From contig CAZWEM010000020.1 in assembly GCA_964632315.1 (NCBI GenBank), forward strand, positions 1 to 64,000: 64,000 nucleotides of DNA, given 5' to 3'. The notes beneath the pieces are model-generated. The model was not told the origin of the DNA and searched no databases. It worked only from the letters and a program-made list of their open reading frames with translations. Both the position numbers and the translations under genes were made by a program. Each line of letters starts with the position of its first letter. Position 1 is the first letter of the stretch. Shown here in pieces: positions 60,886 through 64,000 of the stretch. The DNA is from an uncultured archaeon. GTDB taxonomy: Archaea > Asgardarchaeota > Lokiarchaeia > Sigyniarchaeales > SOKP01.

Positions 60886-60998
60886 TTTTTTTCCATTTTT
60901 AATTTTTGAATAAAACTTAATTTATTGGATGCCGTGAATTTATATAGGTAAGAATCACTCATTATTTTTATAATAAACAACAATCAAGGGATAGTTCT

Positions 60999-63900
60999 TT
61001 GACTTATATCAAAAAGGTAAGCATGACGGGCTTTAAGTCGTTTGGGGATAGGACAGTCACCATACGCTTATCATCTGGGTTCACTTGTATAGTAGGGCCT
61101 AACGGGGCGGGTAAATCTAATATAATTGATGCATTATGCTTTGCTCTAGGTCGTTTAAGTAAAAAGACAATGAGAGCAAAAAGTTTGGAGGATTTAATTT
61201 TTGCTGGTTCAAGAGGTAAGAATCCTTCACAGAGAGCTTCAGTTACTTTATTTTTTGATAATAGCGATAAAGAGTTCCCAGGTGAAGGAGAGGATTTTCA
61301 AATAACCCGGGTAGTTAAACGGGGTGGTGGTGGGGGTTACAAGATGAATGGCAAAAAGGTCACCCGTCAGCAGATCCTTAATGCTTTAGCAGCAGCAAAT
61401 ATCGATCCTGATGGAAGCAATCAATTTGTTTTACAGGGAAAAATAGTTGAATTGACACATATGAATCCCGAAGATCGTCGTGTTTTTATTGAGGAACTTA
61501 TTGGGCTCCAGAAATACGATGAAATGAAAGACGTCACAATGAAAGAATTGGAAAAAGCAGAAAGAGATTTGGGTCAGTTTGAAGCCATTTTTAAAGAAGT
61601 GTCTTCTCAACTTAAAAAGGTAGAAAAAGAAAAGAATGATGCCCTTGCTTGGAAAGAATTAGATGAAAAAATCAATTTTTATAATTCACAATTAATTGCA
61701 CTTAAAATTTCCCTATTACGCAAGGAAGAAGCCGATTTAGAAGTTAAGATCGAAAATTCTAATAAAATCATAGAAGAACTCAATGAAAAAGTAACTCGGC
61801 AAGAAGAACTTCTGAAACAAGAATCGCTAGTCATGGATAACATTCAAAAAACAATAACAGAAAAAGAAAAAGAACGAGAAACTATAAATGAGAATATAAC
61901 CCAGTTAAAAACTCAATTATCGTCAAATCAAACCACTCTTAATTTAGCTCAGAAATCCATTGAGAAGTTGCAAAATGAAATAATGGAGTTAGAAAAATTA
62001 CAAATGGAGTTGGAAGAAGGGCAAACCTATGATTCCTTGATTGAAAATGTCTCAACTGAAATAACTGGAATAGAATACAATATTGAAGAAGCTAAGAAAG
62101 AAATTGAATCAAAGCAACAAGTCCAATCAGAATTAGATGCCAAAATCAAGGATAGTGAAGATGAAAAATCATCCTTTAAAGCTGAAATTTCAGGCATAAA
62201 ACAGACTATTTCCTCGAAAAATGCTCAAATCTCCCTTTTAAAGGAAAACATGAAAAAAAATGAAGAGAAAAAGCAAAAATTAGAAGCAGATCTTCAAAAG
62301 CTTAAAGGAGAAGCAGAAAGCATTGATGAGGCGATCAAAGCAACCAAAGAAGAGGAAACAAGTATTAGAACCACCATCGCCGAGCTAAATGCTAACATCT
62401 CCGATGAGAACAAAAAACAGCAAGACTTAGAAAATAAAATCGCAGAAACTCGTGGTGAAAAAGCGCAATTGAATGAAAAAATTGGAAATTTCCAATCATC
62501 ATTATCATCGTTAAATACTGAAATTAAATTAAGCAATGACAGGATTCAAAGTTTAACAGCTCGTAAAACTTCTATCGAAAAGAAGATACAAGATTTGAGT
62601 AAGGGAAAAGATTCAGAAGAAGCATTAAAGGAATTATTAAAGGAAAAAGATCAAATTCTCAAGGAGTTGAATGAGTTAAAGGCGAAAGCTAAGCAAGAAG
62701 ATTCTGCTTTCCGTAAGAACGAGCAAGATCTAGAATTATTATTGATGAAACAAGATTCCATTGAAGCTGAAATTGTTGATAATAAAGCAAAAATCGAAAA
62801 TTTGAATACTCGCTTAAAATTGAATGAAAAAGAACTTAAGTCACTAGATCGGGATAAAAGAGACCTAGAACTTACGGTTTCTTCCGCATCAAGTAACCTT
62901 TCGAAAACTGAAAAGGAACTCGATACATTAAACGCCAAAAAAGAAAACATTACCCGTAGAATTGAAGAACTCAATAAAGAAAAAGATAATCTCCTACAAA
63001 AAATCGAAGCTACTGAACAAGAATATGAACGAAATACCGAGGATGTCACGGGAATCCTTCAAATCCTAAACATGCTCACCCAGAATATCAATATATCCGT
63101 TGAATCAATCAAGAGTAATATTCAACAATCGAATGCAGAAGCAATCGAAACTTCCGCTGATGATTTTAGGAAGTTCGTGTTGGACATAATCGATATCATG
63201 AAAACTGTTGAAGATGTAGAAAAAGAACATGAAGTACAAACAGAACACGAAGAGCAACCAGAACACGGTACTTCATTAAAATCAATCTTACAAACTCTTG
63301 CCTTGTTTACAGAAAACGTCGACTCGACGATTGATCAGTTAATTAGTAAGGTAAAAGAATCTGCCGATGTGGAGATCCAAGAATCAACTTCCACTTTTGA
63401 TACCTTTGTTCAAGATCTCATGGAAATCCTCGAAAACGTGTACCTATCTCTAAGAAAATTGACGATGTCTAAAAGTCAAGAGCTGTATAAACAATTGGAG
63501 GAAATTTCAACAACCATTAATTCTCAAGCGGATGATTTAAATGGAGTTGGGATGCACATCAAGGAAATCAACATTCAAAATTCCCACGATTCAGAAACAC
63601 TCAAGGTTTCGTCTAAAAAATTGGAAGAAATAAAAGGTAGGATTCAAGAATTAGAGACTAATTCTGATGAATACGAGAAAGAAGTCACTACACGGACCGA
63701 ATCAATAAATCAGAAACAAGCAGAAGACTTAACTGAGGAAATAAAGAAATTAAAGGACCTAAAAGAAACTTATTGGGAGAATAATTCGGAGCTGGAAGCA
63801 AAAATTGATGCGAAACAAAAAGAATTCGATGTCATCCAAACCAAGCTTCAAGAATTAAGAGGGATAGAGAATCTGGTCGAGAACATGATGGAAATCGACA

Positions 63901-64000
63901 ATAACGTTCAACAACTAAACAAAACAATCGCTGAAAAGAAAGCAGTCATTGTTGATACTGAAGGACAAATCGCGAAGATTAAAGAAGATCAAGACGCATT
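60999..64000 (+). CDS. smc: Chromosome segregation protein Smc, 3'-truncated by window edge (absent from ORF track)
   Basis: TTG start; TYIKKVSMTGFKSF, IVGPNGAGKSNIIDAL, MRAKSLEDLIFAG, Q-loop VLQGKI, PEDRR..IEE..G, then coiled coil; open for 1000 codons. Confidence 0.93.
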   Translation, partial: MTYIKKVSMTGFKSFGDRTVTIRLSSGFTCIVGPNGAGKSNIIDALCFALGRLSKKTMRAKSLEDLIFAGSRGKNPSQRASVTLFFDNSDKEFPGEGEDFQITRVVKRGGGGGYKMNGKKVTRQQILNALAAANIDPDGSNQFVLQGKIVELTHMNPEDRRVFIEELIGLQKYDEMKDVTMKELEKAERDLGQFEAIFKEVSSQLKKVEKEKNDALAWKELDEKINFYNSQLIALKISLLRKEEADLEVKIENSNKIIEELNEKVTRQEELLKQESLVMDNIQKTITEKEKERETINENITQLKTQLSSNQTTLNLAQKSIEKLQNEIMELEKLQMELEEGQTYDSLIENVSTEITGIEYNIEEAKKEIESKQQVQSELDAKIKDSEDEKSSFKAEISGIKQTISSKNAQISLLKENMKKNEEKKQKLEADLQKLKGEAESIDEAIKATKEEETSIRTTIAELNANISDENKKQQDLENKIAETRGEKAQLNEKIGNFQSSLSSLNTEIKLSNDRIQSLTARKTSIEKKIQDLSKGKDSEEALKELLKEKDQILKELNELKAKAKQEDSAFRKNEQDLELLLMKQDSIEAEIVDNKAKIENLNTRLKLNEKELKSLDRDKRDLELTVSSASSNLSKTEKELDTLNAKKENITRRIEELNKEKDNLLQKIEATEQEYERNTEDVTGILQILNMLTQNINISVESIKSNIQQSNAEAIETSADDFRKFVLDIIDIMKTVEDVEKEHEVQTEHEEQPEHGTSLKSILQTLALFTENVDSTIDQLISKVKESADVEIQESTSTFDTFVQDLMEILENVYLSLRKLTMSKSQELYKQLEEISTTINSQADDLNGVGMHIKEINIQNSHDSETLKVSSKKLEEIKGRIQELETNSDEYEKEVTTRTESINQKQAEDLTEEIKKLKDLKETYWENNSELEAKIDAKQKEFDVIQTKLQELRGIENLVENMMEIDNNVQQLNKTIAEKKAVIVDTEGQIAKIKEDQDA

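Noticed and set aside
1266-60983. Many 60-115-aa ORFs nested in or antisense to longer genes (e.g. 1266, 6133, 12939, 14377, 18763, 22599, 27973, 28372, 35832, 52890, 56843, 60771)
   Set aside because: They overlap well-supported genes, lack motifs and have shadow-like composition
62294-63049. Two minus-strand ORFs of 80 and 132 aa
   Set aside because: Ser/Phe/Leu-rich antisense shadows of the smc coiled coil

Overview
AT-rich (roughly 30% GC by eye) archaeal chromosomal window, most likely Asgard/Lokiarchaeia. The assignment rests on an archaeal 16S 5' end, class I LysRS, archaeal ribosomal proteins, TFB paralogues, and many roadblock, longin/DENN-like, V4R and small-GTPase genes. Most of the window is core genome: the 5' tip of 16S rRNA, three intron-containing tRNAs, rps17e, rpl3-4-23, rpl15e, two Orc1/Cdc6 paralogues, two TFBs, ABCE1, RqcH, RNase P proteins, tgtA/trm5, trpB2, pyrI, a Tad/Flp-like pilus set, and an unannotated >1000-codon Smc running off the right edge. 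I saw no CRISPR array or IS element. Top observations: (1) an unannotated 17-codon Trp-rich leader ORF (MTAQKEAFLGWQWQWCL) with alternative hairpins and a hairpin+T7 upstream of trpB2, a candidate bacterial-style attenuator in an archaeon; (2) a tRNA-Ile(GAT) with two introns, one apparently at the acceptor-stem/U8 junction, plus an upstream decoy acceptor strand; (3) an Smc with a canonical head but no hinge or zinc hook, a duplicated helical apex and ~97-aa arm repeats; (4) a tandem-roadblock / DENN-like / MglA-like GTPase locus and a longin protein carrying the FLCN/SMCR8-type ARG motif; (5) probable ATT/ATA start codons. All family calls come from motif recognition by eye, not database searches.
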